NCBI GenBank assembly: GCA_964291235.2
Contig: OZ219816.1
Span: 224,001-288,000 of the forward strand
DNA: 64,000 nucleotides
From: Vicinamibacteria bacterium
GTDB lineage: Bacteria; Acidobacteriota; Vicinamibacteria; Marinacidobacterales; Marinacidobacteraceae
Direction: 5' to 3'
Part shown: in pieces, positions 9,122 to 18,928 of the stretch
How the letters are laid out: each line of letters opens with the position of its first letter
How positions within the stretch are numbered: the first letter of the stretch is position 1
Program-made: the position numbers and the translations under genes
The notes under the pieces: model-generated
Told to the model about the DNA's origin: nothing
The model's input: the letters and a program-made list of their open reading frames with translations, nothing else
Database searches by the model: none

Positions 9122-10300
9122 ATGATGGAACGACCTTACCGACTCTCCGCACGCTTCGTCGCCACCATTGAGCAGCCCGGACGCTACGGCGACGGCCGCG
9201 GCTCCGGCGGCCTCTCACTCCTCGTCAAGCATACGACCCGAGGGCACCTGGCCAAGTCCTGGGCGCAGCGCATCAGCGTGGACGGCCGCCAGCGCAATCT
9301 CGGACTGGGGTCCTGGCCCCACGTCAGCTTGGCCGAGGCCCGCGAGAAGTGCGCCCTGAATCTCGCCGCCCGGCGGCGCGGGGAGCTGGTGACCGGCCGC
9401 AAGCGGACGGTCCCCACCTTCGAGGAAGCCGTCGAGAAGGTGATCGCGGTGCACCGGGCAGGCTGGAAGGACGGCGGGAGGCAGGAGAAGCTGGTGCGGG
9501 CGAGCCTCCGGGACCACGCCATGCCGAAGCTCGGCGGGAGGCCGGTGGACCGGATCAACACGTCGGACGTGATGGCGGTGCTGCTGCCCATCTGGAATGA
9601 GAAGCGGGTGACGGCGCGTCGCGTTCGCCAGCGGATCGGGGCGGTGATGCGGTGGGCGGTGGCGCAGGGCTACCGGGAGGACAACCCGGCGGGGGAGGCC
9701 ATCGGGGCGGCGCTGCCCAGGAATGGCTTCCGGCCGCAGCACCACCGGGCGCTCCCGTACGCGGAGGTTGCCGGTGCCATCGAGAAGGTGCGGGGATCGG
9801 GGGCCTATCCCGCGACCGTGTTGGCGTTCGAGTTCCTGGTGCTGACGGCGTGCCGGAGCGGGGAGGTGCGCGGCGCGCTGTGGGAGGAGATGGACCTTGA
9901 GCGGCAGGAGTGGCGGATTCCGCCGGAGCGGATGAAGACAGGACGGGAGCACCGGGTTCCGCTGTCCGGGCGGGCGCTGGCGGTGGTTCGGGAGGCGCGG
10001 AGACTCGCGGACGGCTCGGGACTGGTGTTCCCATCGGCGCGTGGCGGCCCGCTGTCCGAGGTGGCGATCCCGAAGATGGTCCGGGATCTGGAGATCGCGG
10101 CGGTGCCTCACGGGTTCCGGTCGAGCTTCCGTGACTGGGCGGCGGAGTGTTCCGACGCCCCGCGGGAGGTTTGCGAACTGGCGCTGGCGCACGTGAACAC
10201 GAACAGCATCGAGGCGGCCTACCGGCGGACCGACATGTTCGAGCGGCGGCGGTCGCTCATGGAGCAGTGGTCCGCGTTCCTGGCCGGGACGAGTTGCTAG
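9122..10300 (+). CDS. Tyrosine integrase, P4/IntA-like with N-terminal arm-binding domain
   Basis: GRYGDG..GL, LGSWPHVSLAEAR; catalytic TACRSGE, MKT, HGFR, LAH, AAY. Confidence 0.95.
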   Translation: MMERPYRLSARFVATIEQPGRYGDGRGSGGLSLLVKHTTRGHLAKSWAQRISVDGRQRNLGLGSWPHVSLAEAREKCALNLAARRRGELVTGRKRTVPTFEEAVEKVIAVHRAGWKDGGRQEKLVRASLRDHAMPKLGGRPVDRINTSDVMAVLLPIWNEKRVTARRVRQRIGAVMRWAVAQGYREDNPAGEAIGAALPRNGFRPQHHRALPYAEVAGAIEKVRGSGAYPATVLAFEFLVLTACRSGEVRGALWEEMDLERQEWRIPPERMKTGREHRVPLSGRALAVVREARRLADGSGLVFPSARGGPLSEVAIPKMVRDLEIAAVPHGFRSSFRDWAAECSDAPREVCELALAHVNTNSIEAAYRRTDMFERRRSLMEQWSAFLAGTSC

Positions 10301-10343
10301 CATCTGATCGGCAGGAGCCATTCGACGGAGGCGGGAACCAGAC

Positions 10344-10625
10344 GTGATGCCTGACCCTGGAGGGTCGCCGATACCGGGATGGAGAATCACCGCCATCATC
10401 AGACGAACGGCGGAGGGTGCTGTCCGGGTCGTCGATATCAGCCCCAAGGGCTTCCTCCGCAGGGAGCACGTGGGGAAGTCCTACGCCGACGAGGACGTTG
10501 CAAGGTCAGCGATTTCGGAATCGTTCCGCGCGTGGTCGGGGAACACTGCTCTACCTGTCAGCGTCGCGATCGTATACAACCATGAACGGCCCGATCCGAG
10601 TGTGGCTGTGACCCGCGACGACTAA
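10344..10625 (+). CDS. Hypothetical protein
   Basis: 93-aa ORF after the integrase with protein-like composition. Confidence 0.4.
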   Translation: MMPDPGGSPIPGWRITAIIRRTAEGAVRVVDISPKGFLRREHVGKSYADEDVARSAISESFRAWSGNTALPVSVAIVYNHERPDPSVAVTRDD

Positions 10626-11505
10626 CCCGCGCTGGAAGAGGAAGCGAATCCGCGGAGGCAACCAGTGCGGTGACTGCACCCGACGAGCGCTGGACGGAGC
10701 CGATTGCGTTGGCCCGCGTCAGGGGCGGGCGCTGGAGGGGATGGCCTGGGGCAAAGGGAACGGCGGACGAGGCGCGGCGGATCGGGCGGGCGAACCAGAT
10801 CGAGGAGGCGGCGGGGCGATCCCGCCGGGCTGATACGGAGTGGTGCCATCGCTCCCCGCTGGCCGCTCCCCCAACCCTTCTGCATGACGCAGCGAAGCGG
10901 CGGTGGACCGTGCGGGCCCGAGTAGCGCGCCGGGCCGTTCCGGCTGTCACGTGATCGGCAGACGGCGCCGCGGTCCGAGGTCGCCGCCACCCCTGGGGAG
11001 GACGCTGTGGTTCCTCCTCCGTGTTGTCATCAAGTACATCGTGATCAATGTTGGCCTCGGGCTCCGCTGGCTGTGGCGGGAGTTTCTGAAGAACCGTGAC
11101 CGTTGGTAGTCCCCGAAAGAGCCGGAAGGCTGCGAGCGCCGGACACGACGCATGGAGGCGCTGAGTACCTGAACTGAGCACGTGGCTCCCCTGGGCTGCG
11201 TTCGGCGCGGTCGCCGCAATCAATGGGTACTTCCTGGTGATGTTCGCGGTGGGCTACGTGCAGTCACTTCGGCGCCGTCGCTGATGAAGCGCCATCGTCC
11301 GCTCTGTGGCGTCGGGCGACGCGCGGGTGTCCGCGCCACGAAGTGGCGTTGCGGCGGCTCACGGAGGCGATGTCTTCCGCGAAGCTGCTCCCGCCGCCGC
11401 TCTGCATCGATCTGTTCCGGGAGTCGCGGCCGTGGTTGCCGAGCAGACGGCGAGGCGACGCTGCCCGAACACCCGTGGGTCGTCGGCTAACATGCGGCCG
11501 GCACG

Positions 11506-11781
11506 GTGAAGGCCAACCTCGTCCATCGGGCGATGGAGGCGACGACTCTGGAGTCTCCCGCCGCGCAGGACGCCGTGGAGGCGCTGTTCGAATCCGTTGC
11601 TTCCGCGCTCGTGCGCGGTGACCGCGTGGTGCTTCGGCGGTTCGGGGTTTTCCACACGCGCCCCCGCAAGACGGGGAAGGCGCGGAATCCACGCACCGGC
11701 GAGCCGGCGGGAATTCCCCCGGGACGCGTCGTGCGTTTCCGTCCCGCGCCGGGTCGGCGGCACTCGCCCGGCGATGGTTGA
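11506..11781 (+). CDS. HU/IHF family DNA-binding protein
   Basis: GDRVVLRRFGVF..RPRK...ARNPRTGE...RVVRFRP. Confidence 0.85.
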   Translation: MKANLVHRAMEATTLESPAAQDAVEALFESVASALVRGDRVVLRRFGVFHTRPRKTGKARNPRTGEPAGIPPGRVVRFRPAPGRRHSPGDG

Positions 11782-11909
11782 GGGAGCGCGGCTCCCCGGA
11801 TAAACGGCCGGAGGGCCGTTCGTTTGCGGCCTATCGCCCGATAGGCTGGTAACGCTCGTCGGGAGACTCGCGCCACCGTTCGGGGCCTCAGCGGAGGCAC
11901 CCGAGATGA

Positions 11910-11985
11910 CCACCAGAGCGCCAGAGCCGGCAGGCCACTTGAGGGTAGGCCAGCCTACACAGTGTGCCCACACTGTGCTCTGGCG
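11910..11985 (-). other. ColE1-type origin of transfer (nic predicted between 11950 and 11949)
   Basis: Minus strand GTGTAGGCTGG^CCTA resembles ColE1 GTGTATACTGG^CTTA. Adjacent IR CACAGTGT-gccc-ACACTGTG. Lies just upstream of mobC. Confidence 0.75.
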
Positions 11986-12086
11986 AGGGGATGCTGCGCC
12001 CCCCTTCGAACCCCCGGCATCCGCCGCTGCGGGAGCAGCGGGCGGACGGGGGACGCCGTCCCCCGAACCCCCTGGCCGGTGCGCTC

Positions 12087-12425
12087 ATGGCTGAGCGCCG
12101 CTCGGTGGAGGTCCACCTCCGCGTGTCGCCGGCCGAGCGCGCCGCCTGGAAGGCCAAGGCGGCGGCGGCCGGCCTGTCGCTCTCCGCGCTGCTGCGGCAG
12201 GCGATGGCGCGGACGCAGAGCTGGACCGCGCCGGCAATGGCCGTCGAGCGCGAGCGCAGCCGCCAGATCGCGCGCATCGGCAACAACCTCAACCAGCTCG
12301 CGCGCTGGGCGAACACCCACGCCTCCCCCATCGAGGCGGTCCGGGTGACCGACCGGCTGAGGGCGGTCGAGCGGGCGCTGCGCGCCCTGGCCGTGCCTGG
12401 CCGAGAGGACGGCGGTGCACATTAA
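12087..12425 (+). CDS. mobC: Relaxosome accessory protein MobC/MbeC
   Basis: RHH-like N-terminus and signature RIGNNLNQLARWAN. Confidence 0.92.
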   Translation: MAERRSVEVHLRVSPAERAAWKAKAAAAGLSLSALLRQAMARTQSWTAPAMAVERERSRQIARIGNNLNQLARWANTHASPIEAVRVTDRLRAVERALRALAVPGREDGGAH

Positions 12426-13977
12426 GTTCCTCCGTCACGGCGGCGGCTCGGCCCGGGCGGCGGCCGACTATCTCGTCGGCGAACGGGACTCCGCCGGACG
12501 GGTGCGTCCGGGCGTCGAGGTTCTGCGCGGTGAACCGGACCACGTTGCCGCGGTCGCCGACTCGCTGGAGTTCGGCCGCGGGTACACCTCCGCCGTGATC
12601 TCGTGGGCGCCGGAGGACCGGCCCACCGACGAGCAGATCGGGGCCGTCCTCGACGAGTTCGAGAAGACGGCCTGGGCGGGACTGGAGCCGGACCGCTACG
12701 CCTGGACGGCGGTCCTGCACCGCGAGCACGGGGACGGGGTCCACGTGCACGTCCTCACCGCCCGCTGCGACCTGGAGACAGGCCGCAGCCTGAACATCGC
12801 GCCGCCCGGCTGGCAGAAGACGTTCGATCCACTGCGCGACGCCTTCAACCACCAGCACGGCTGGAGCCGCCCCGACGACCCGGCGCGCGCCCGGGCGCAC
12901 CAGCCCGGCCATCGCGCCTACATCGAGGCGGCGAAGCTGCGGGCCGGCCTCGAGCACGAAGCCGGCCCTCGCGAGTTGATCCGTGACTACCTGCTGCAGC
13001 GGGTCGAGCACGGCGCGGTGCGGAACCGCGCCGACGTGGTCGCCTCCCTGAAGGAGGCCGGCTTCGAGGTGCCCCGCCAGGGCAAGGACTACCTGACCGC
13101 CCGCGATCCGGACAGCGGGACGCGGTTCCGGCTGAAAGGAGCGCTGTATGAGCACAACTTCGAACCCGAACGACTTGAGCGCCCGCGTGAAGAGCCGGAT
13201 GGAAGCCGACCGCCGGCAGATCGAGGCGGCGACGACGAGCGAGGTGCGGCAGCTTGGCGCGAACTTGCGCGCCGTCGTGAGCGACGAGCTGCGTACCATC
13301 GAAGCCGATACGGGGGCGACGGTCGCACGGGTGCGGTGGATGCTGGTGAACGCGTGGCTGCGGCCCCTGGTGGCCGGCCTGGTCCTATTCCTCGGGATCA
13401 GTGGCGGGAGCTGGGGGCTGATGCAATGGCTGTCGGTGAGCATCCAGAGCCAGATCGAAACCCTGGCGGTGCTGGAAGTGCGGATCGACCAGGCGCGCGA
13501 GACGCTGGCCGAAATCGAGGACACGACGTGGGGGGTGACGCTGCGGGAGCTCGACGGGGAGCGGTTCGTGGTGCTGGCGGACGGGACGCTGGCCAATCCG
13601 CACTGGACCGTGGGCGGGCGGCCTGCCTTGAAGCTCTTGAGCGAGTGAGGGAGTTGTATGAGCGAGCTAGAGGGACAGTCGACAGTCGCCTTCGAGAGGC
13701 TGTGCGCGCATTTCGAGCTGGGGCAGCGGCGGCAAGCCGAGCAGATCGAGGCCTTGCAGCAGCAAGTCGAGCGGCTGAGCGCGGAGAACGAAGCCTTGCG
13801 GCAGCGAACCGAGCGGCAGGACGCCGAGAGCGCAATCTGGCGGCAGCAGTTCGAGCGGCTCGACGGGCAGGTGACCGGCTTGGCCCAGGACTACAGGAGG
13901 CTCGCCGGGACGTTGCGCGGGCAGTGGAGGTGATGCGGCGGCGCGGACGTACGCGGGATCATGGTCTGGGCCGCTGA
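12415..13977 (+). CDS. mobA: MbeA-like (MOBP5-related) relaxase
   Basis: MHIKF..HG.GS...DYL, EVLRG.P, YTSAVISW, AGLEPDRY, DLETGRSLNIAPP, PDDPAR. Confidence 0.92.
   Translation: MHIKFLRHGGGSARAAADYLVGERDSAGRVRPGVEVLRGEPDHVAAVADSLEFGRGYTSAVISWAPEDRPTDEQIGAVLDEFEKTAWAGLEPDRYAWTAVLHREHGDGVHVHVLTARCDLETGRSLNIAPPGWQKTFDPLRDAFNHQHGWSRPDDPARARAHQPGHRAYIEAAKLRAGLEHEAGPRELIRDYLLQRVEHGAVRNRADVVASLKEAGFEVPRQGKDYLTARDPDSGTRFRLKGALYEHNFEPERLERPREEPDGSRPPADRGGDDERGAAAWRELARRRERRAAYHRSRYGGDGRTGAVDAGERVAAAPGGRPGPIPRDQWRELGADAMAVGEHPEPDRNPGGAGSADRPGARDAGRNRGHDVGGDAAGARRGAVRGAGGRDAGQSALDRGRAACLEALERVRELYERARGTVDSRLREAVRAFRAGAAAASRADRGLAAASRAAERGERSLAAANRAAGRRERNLAAAVRAARRAGDRLGPGLQEARRDVARAVEVMRRRGRTRDHGLGR
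13148..13648 (+). CDS. mobB: MbeB-like mobilization protein overprinted within the relaxase
   Basis: Coiled N-terminus, one TM segment and TWGV motif; position inside mbeA as in ColE1. Confidence 0.75.
   Translation: MSTTSNPNDLSARVKSRMEADRRQIEAATTSEVRQLGANLRAVVSDELRTIEADTGATVARVRWMLVNAWLRPLVAGLVLFLGISGGSWGLMQWLSVSIQSQIETLAVLEVRIDQARETLAEIEDTTWGVTLRELDGERFVVLADGTLANPHWTVGGRPALKLLSE
13658..13933 (+). CDS. mobD: MbeD-like coiled-coil (entry-exclusion) protein overprinted within the relaxase
   Basis: MSELE...QQQVERLSAENEAL...QVTGL; ColE1 gene order. Confidence 0.7.
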   Translation: MSELEGQSTVAFERLCAHFELGQRRQAEQIEALQQQVERLSAENEALRQRTERQDAESAIWRQQFERLDGQVTGLAQDYRRLAGTLRGQWR

Positions 13978-14338
13978 CGCTTGTTGACGGCTTTGACCAG
14001 TACGGGGGATTCCTGCGCTGGACTTGGCAGGCGTGATCCTGTATGGGACACTAGGATGTGGCTGTAGTGGCCGATGTCTCAATCAGGAATAGCAGGGCAG
14101 CGTCGGGCTTGTTGCCGACCGCACTTCGATGGGGCAATCCTGCCGGGAACGGCGTTGCGGGTGACGCGAGAAATGGGGTGACGGGATTCGGCGCGCGGGG
14201 ACGCGATGCTTCTGTTCTTGCCAGTCTTGGCAGTCTGTTGAACAGAGGAACTCCATCATGCCCCAAAGATCGCTCTTCCAGGCGGGGTGTCACACTGACC
14301 ATCCATCGGTTTGGGCACCAATTCTCGCGGGTAGGGCG

Positions 14339-15418
14339 ATGACGCCTGTGCACACTCCCGAACGGGGCGCCTTCACGTTCGCCGACCTGTTCGCCGGCAT
14401 CGGAGGGATGCGCCTCGGCTTCGAGACGATTGGGGGCCGCTGTGTCTTCACTTCCGAGTGGAACCGCTTCTCGCGGGAAACCTATGCCGCTAACCATGTC
14501 TGCGACCATCCGATCGAGGGAGACATCCGCCTAGTTGCAGAGGCGGACATCCCCGCCCACGATGTGCTGATCGCAGGATTCCCGTGCCAGCCATTCTCCA
14601 TCGCAGGGGTCTCAAAGAAGAACGCCTTGAACCGACCGCATGGCTTCCGGTGCGAGGTCCAAGGAACGCTGTTCTTCGACATCGCCCGGATCATCCGAGA
14701 ACATGCCCCGCAGGCGTTCCTGCTGGAGAATGTCCGAAATCTACTCAGCCACGATGGGGGCCGAACGTTCGCCATCATCTGCCAGACCCTCAAGGAGGAT
14801 CTTGGCTACCAGATCGACTACCGGGTCATCGACGCCCGCTCCTTCGTTCCACAGCACCGGGAGCGCGTTTTCATTGTCGGGTTTCGCGAACGGGTGCCGT
14901 TTTCCTTCTCGGATCTCTCCCTTCCGAGTCCCCACGATGGGCCCCGGCTTAGGACTGTCCTGCACCCGGGAGACGGAACCGAACTCCCGGAGCCACCGTA
15001 TACCGTGGGGGAGAGGGCCACAGTTTCACCCAAGTACACCCTGAGTGAGCATCTGTGGACGTACCTGCAGGGCTACGCCGAAAAACACCGGCGCCAAGGA
15101 AACGGGTTCGGTTTCGGACTCGTCGGCGGCGACGATGTGAGTCGAACGCTGTCGGCCCGCTATTACAAGGACGGTTCCGAGATCTTGGTCCGCCGTAAGG
15201 GCCACGGGCGGCCCCGTCGCCTAACCCCGAGAGAGTGTGCGCGGCTGATGGGATTGGACCGGCCCGGCCGCGACCCGTTCGAGATTCCCGTGTCCGACAC
15301 ACAGGCCTATCGGCAGTTCGGAAACGCGGTCGTCGTTCCAGTGGTTGAAGCCGTCGCCAACCACATGGAGCCGTGGATCAAGAAAGAGCAGAAAGACCTT
15401 AGACAGCGTGTCGCCTGA
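14339..15418 (+). CDS. dcm: DNA (cytosine-5)-methyltransferase, Dcm/M.EcoRII-like
   Basis: [52 protein letters not shown]. Confidence 0.95.
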   Translation: MTPVHTPERGAFTFADLFAGIGGMRLGFETIGGRCVFTSEWNRFSRETYAANHVCDHPIEGDIRLVAEADIPAHDVLIAGFPCQPFSIAGVSKKNALNRPHGFRCEVQGTLFFDIARIIREHAPQAFLLENVRNLLSHDGGRTFAIICQTLKEDLGYQIDYRVIDARSFVPQHRERVFIVGFRERVPFSFSDLSLPSPHDGPRLRTVLHPGDGTELPEPPYTVGERATVSPKYTLSEHLWTYLQGYAEKHRRQGNGFGFGLVGGDDVSRTLSARYYKDGSEILVRRKGHGRPRRLTPRECARLMGLDRPGRDPFEIPVSDTQAYRQFGNAVVVPVVEAVANHMEPWIKKEQKDLRQRVA

Positions 15419-15866
15419 CATAGTTGATCCGAAGACCCGCAGCCGGATGATGGCGGGCATCAGAGCCAAGGACACCAAGTTCGAAGTCCGCCTACGCAAG
15501 GCCCTGTTCGCGCGAGGATTTCGGTACCGCCTCCATGCCAGACACCTGCCGGGCAAACCTGACATCGTCCTCTCGCGATACCGTGCGGTCGTCTTTTGCC
15601 ACGGCTGTTTCTGGCATGGCCATGACTGCGACCTCTTCCGGCTTCCGGGAACTCGGACCGACTGGTGGCGAGCCAAAATCGAGAGGAATCGGGTGCGCGA
15701 TCGGGAGGTCGAGGGTGATCTCCGCGCAAGCGGTTGGCGGCAAGCCAACGTGTGGGAGTGTGCCGTCAGGGGCCGGGGTCGCCGCACCGTGGAGGATGTA
15801 GCGATCGAAGTCGGCGCGTGGCTGGTGGAAGACAGCCGGTTGGCGCACTTCCGGGCGCAACGCTGA
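15408..15866 (+). CDS. vsr: Very-short-patch repair endonuclease
   Basis: [35 protein letters not shown]. Confidence 0.95.
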   Translation: MSPDIVDPKTRSRMMAGIRAKDTKFEVRLRKALFARGFRYRLHARHLPGKPDIVLSRYRAVVFCHGCFWHGHDCDLFRLPGTRTDWWRAKIERNRVRDREVEGDLRASGWRQANVWECAVRGRGRRTVEDVAIEVGAWLVEDSRLAHFRAQR

Positions 15867-15868
15867 GG

Positions 15869-17083
15869 ATGTCGATTGCGGCATTTGACCGCTGGGTAGA
15901 GGCGGTGCGGCTCTGCTCGGCACTCGTATACGCCAAGCGGCTCGCCGCAAATGACACACTCGCGACGGGTGCACATCAGGCGGGGCCGTATATCCCCAAG
16001 GATTTTCTGTTCCTGGTACTTCCCGAGATACACCGCCCTGATCGAGGGAATCCAGACATTAGGTTTCCTCTTCGGATCGAGTCTCATGGCGGAGACACCG
16101 CTCAGGTTCGGGCGATCTGGTACAACAACCGATTACGCGGGAAGACCCGTGACGAGGCTCGCATCACCAACTTTGGTGGTGCTGAGTCTCCTCTCTTGGA
16201 TCCTGCGAACACTGCCGCGTTGACATTGTTCGCGTTTACCCGACGGGACACCGGTCCAGCTTGCCAAGTCTGGATATGTACGACTCTTGCGGAGGAAGAA
16301 CACGCCGAGAGTTATGTCGGTCCTGTTGAACCCGGCGCTGGAGTTGTCTGGGAGCCCTCTACAGGCAATGTCGTGCCGCAGACGCCAGCGCGAGTACGCC
16401 CGAGCTGTCGCCTGTCAGCGGATCAGATTCCCAGCGAATGGCTTCGGGATTTCCCGAGCGGCGCTGAGATTATCCGAAAAACCTTGGACCTCCTGCCCGT
16501 AGGTTCCGCGTCTCCCGATGATCGCTTGCTACGTCGCCGCGATTGCGAGTATGAGGTCTTTCTCAGTGTTGAGGAGGCTGTGGTGCTACCGACAGTGAAG
16601 GAGGGATTTGCGACGATGGAAGCCTTCCTCGCGCGGGCACAATCCGTGCTGCAACGCCGCAAATCGCGTTCCGGCCGCTCCCTGGAACTGCATGTGAAGG
16701 AAATCCTCACTGAGGAAGGTTTGGTCGAGGGCCGGGATTTTCAGCACAACGTGGAGTCCGACCCAGGCCGCCGACCTGATTTTCTGTTTCCTTCGCAGGC
16801 AGCATATCGTGACTACAACTTCCCAACGGATCGATTAGCCATGCTCGCCACGAAGACCACCTGTAGAGACCGGTGGCGGCAGGTGTGCAATGAAGCAGAT
16901 CGGATAGAGCAGAAACACCTCTTGACTCTGCAAGAGGGTGTAACTCGGGATCAGCACGACGAAATGCGAGCGTCAGGTATCCGACTGGTCGTCCCAAGAT
17001 CCCTACATTCGAGGTTTCCGGAGTCCGTACGGGAAGACGTCATCACGCTTGGAGAGTTCCTGCGGAGTCTGACTGTTGAGTAA
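15869..17083 (+). CDS. EcoRII-like type IIE restriction endonuclease
   Basis: N-domain KRLAANDTLATGAHQAGPYIP; C-domain RRKSRSGRSLE, PDFLFP, KTTCRDRWRQ, LTLQEG. Confidence 0.93.
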   Translation: MSIAAFDRWVEAVRLCSALVYAKRLAANDTLATGAHQAGPYIPKDFLFLVLPEIHRPDRGNPDIRFPLRIESHGGDTAQVRAIWYNNRLRGKTRDEARITNFGGAESPLLDPANTAALTLFAFTRRDTGPACQVWICTTLAEEEHAESYVGPVEPGAGVVWEPSTGNVVPQTPARVRPSCRLSADQIPSEWLRDFPSGAEIIRKTLDLLPVGSASPDDRLLRRRDCEYEVFLSVEEAVVLPTVKEGFATMEAFLARAQSVLQRRKSRSGRSLELHVKEILTEEGLVEGRDFQHNVESDPGRRPDFLFPSQAAYRDYNFPTDRLAMLATKTTCRDRWRQVCNEADRIEQKHLLTLQEGVTRDQHDEMRASGIRLVVPRSLHSRFPESVREDVITLGEFLRSLTVE

Positions 17084-17228
17084 GCCAGCGGCATGCCCGC
17101 GCAATTGACATCCGTCGCAGAGCGCCGTTGATGGCCACACCGGTCTGCTCGCGGCCGCGGTGGTCCCAAAGGCAGAAGGGGAGGTCGGCGACTCAAGGGT
17201 TCCTTCGGTTCCCCTCGCATCCTCGCAT

Positions 17229-17547
17229 GTAAGCGTTCGGTCGTGGGTGTATGTGGCGGTCCCTCCCTGCTTCGCTCGGCTGCGGCGCATCCCAAGAGCG
17301 AGGGCGACGCCATCGAACGCCAAGGCGATCTCGCCGTCCTGGTCGCCCACGATTCTTGTGTCGTCCTTGATCTGCGCTGTCGGGTAAGCGCTAGCGCAGT
17401 GCGGCGTTGTCGGCGCGCTCTTTCCACAGGAAACCACCGCTGCCCCGCCCTGACGAGGCCACCGAACCCCGGGCCAGGAACATCCGGCTCTGCCGGCGGG
17501 AGAGTGACACGGGCGTCTGATCCATACACCCACGACCGAACGCTTAC
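17229..17547. mobile_element. Non-autonomous element with IS66-like terminal inverted repeats
   Basis: Perfect 25-bp IRs GTAAGCGTTCGGTCGTGGGTGTATG. No transposase and no matching TSD, though CCTCGCAT is tandemly duplicated at the left flank. Confidence 0.65.
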
Positions 17548-17633
17548 GTTCCGGGTAGCACGCCAGATTCTCTTTGGAGCGAACTGGTCACCCTGAACCG
17601 TAGAATGGACTGAGTCGTCGAACCGAATCTGTC

Positions 17634-18296
17634 ATGCGCGAAAAATCACGCCGTTTCCTCGTTGCTGCTGTCCGTCCCGTCGTCGTTCTCGTCACGCTGG
17701 TCGCCAGCGTAGTCACGGTCCTCAGCTACACCGGATCGCTACCACCCTGGGAGGAGGTTCGGAGCTACGAATGGGGGGCTGCGCTGGGGGCCCTGCTAGA
17801 CGCTCTGCTGTCCAACCCTTGGGTTGTCTACCCCGGAGCCCTGTCGCTGATTGGGTGGACAGGAATCGCCGCGGCAAAATGGTGGGAGACTTGGGCCCGT
17901 TGGTTCTTCGTTCCCCTCAAATGGGCTTCCGTGCGGTCCGTTTCCATTCACCGGGGAAGTGAGGGGCGGGAACAAGTGTTCGAGCCGGGCGACTACAAGA
18001 CCAAGTGGGTTCGACCTGGCAGGCTGGTTCGTCTGAAGGTCACCGGCGAAGCGGTGATACACGCCGTAGAAGTTCCATACTCGGAGCGGGTGGAGTTCAT
18101 ACGCGCCCCACCGGTTCCTCAAGCCGGGAGTTCGTGGTGGTATCAATGCAAATTGACCAAACAGGACGGTAGCGAGTGGATGCAATACACAACTGCCGTG
18201 GTCGAGCCCAACAGGAACCCAGAGCGCGGAAGTAGGATCGAGGATCGCTCAATCCTCTGCATCGTTGATCGAGACGTGGATGCGGCCCCTCAGTAA
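17634..18296 (+). CDS. Hypothetical membrane-anchored protein
   Basis: Two N-terminal TM segments and a beta-rich soluble C-terminus; TAGAAT -10-like box upstream. Confidence 0.65.
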   Translation: MREKSRRFLVAAVRPVVVLVTLVASVVTVLSYTGSLPPWEEVRSYEWGAALGALLDALLSNPWVVYPGALSLIGWTGIAAAKWWETWARWFFVPLKWASVRSVSIHRGSEGREQVFEPGDYKTKWVRPGRLVRLKVTGEAVIHAVEVPYSERVEFIRAPPVPQAGSSWWYQCKLTKQDGSEWMQYTTAVVEPNRNPERGSRIEDRSILCIVDRDVDAAPQ

Positions 18297-18384
18297 TCGC
18301 CTTTGCTGCGGCGAACGCGCATAGACTCTTGCGCCACCCCGCTGTCGGTTCGTCATACCGGCATGACCGAACGGCTACACGGCG

Positions 18385-18712
18385 GTAAGCGTTCGGTCGT
18401 GGGGGTATGGACATGGATCTGGTCTCGCCGAACGTGCCATCGGCATTCGGAGAAACGGGTGCCGACTGACCAGCTCCTTCTACCGGCCGAGGGCGTTCTT
18501 GGTGTCACGGCGCGCCTCCTCCACCTCCCGGACAGCCGCAAACAGCGTTCACCACAACTCCTCGGACAGCGATCCCCGAGTTCCCGCCTCGGTGCGGATG
18601 GCTCCGCCGACTTCGACTCAGCCCCGCTCCGTTTCTTTGCTGCGCGGGTTCGCGCGCCAGCCACCCCGTTGGCTGTTGGCGGTCCGCTATACCCCCACGA
18701 CCGAACGCTTAC
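18385..18712. mobile_element. Second non-autonomous IS66-like element
   Basis: Perfect 24-bp IRs GTAAGCGTTCGGTCGTGGGGGTAT; 8-bp flanks ACACGGCG/ACACGGCT (7/8 TSD). Confidence 0.75.
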
Positions 18713-18817
18713 ACACGGCTACCCGCGCATTCCCGAAGGTTCCCGGCGCGACCCGAAGTCGCCGACATGGTACGCAGTGTGATAGACGGATTTGATAAAG
18801 CGTTCAATAGACTGATA

Positions 18818-18830
18818 AATCAACGACTTA
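18818..18830 (+). promoter_or_regulatory. IHF-consensus site at the right end of the island
   Basis: AATCAACGACTTA matches WATCAANNNNTTR in an AT-rich patch. Confidence 0.65.
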
Positions 18831-18928
18831 CCACGAACCCACGGTGGACCTGCGGGCCGCGTGCCGGCTGGAAGCCGGCGTCCAAGCCCATGCGCCGTGC
18901 GTGGGAGCGGCTGTGCGCGACTCCTCCG

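Larger units (their letters stand above)
6569..18860. mobile_element. Genomic island containing an integrative mobilizable element (core ~8900-18845)
   Basis: Bracketed by duplicated peptidase 3' ends. Contains integrase, oriT, mob genes and R-M system, with visibly lower GC in cargo genes. Confidence 0.85.

Noticed and set aside
14339-17083. dcm-vsr-EcoRII cluster as novel
   Set aside because: This is a well-known R-M arrangement.
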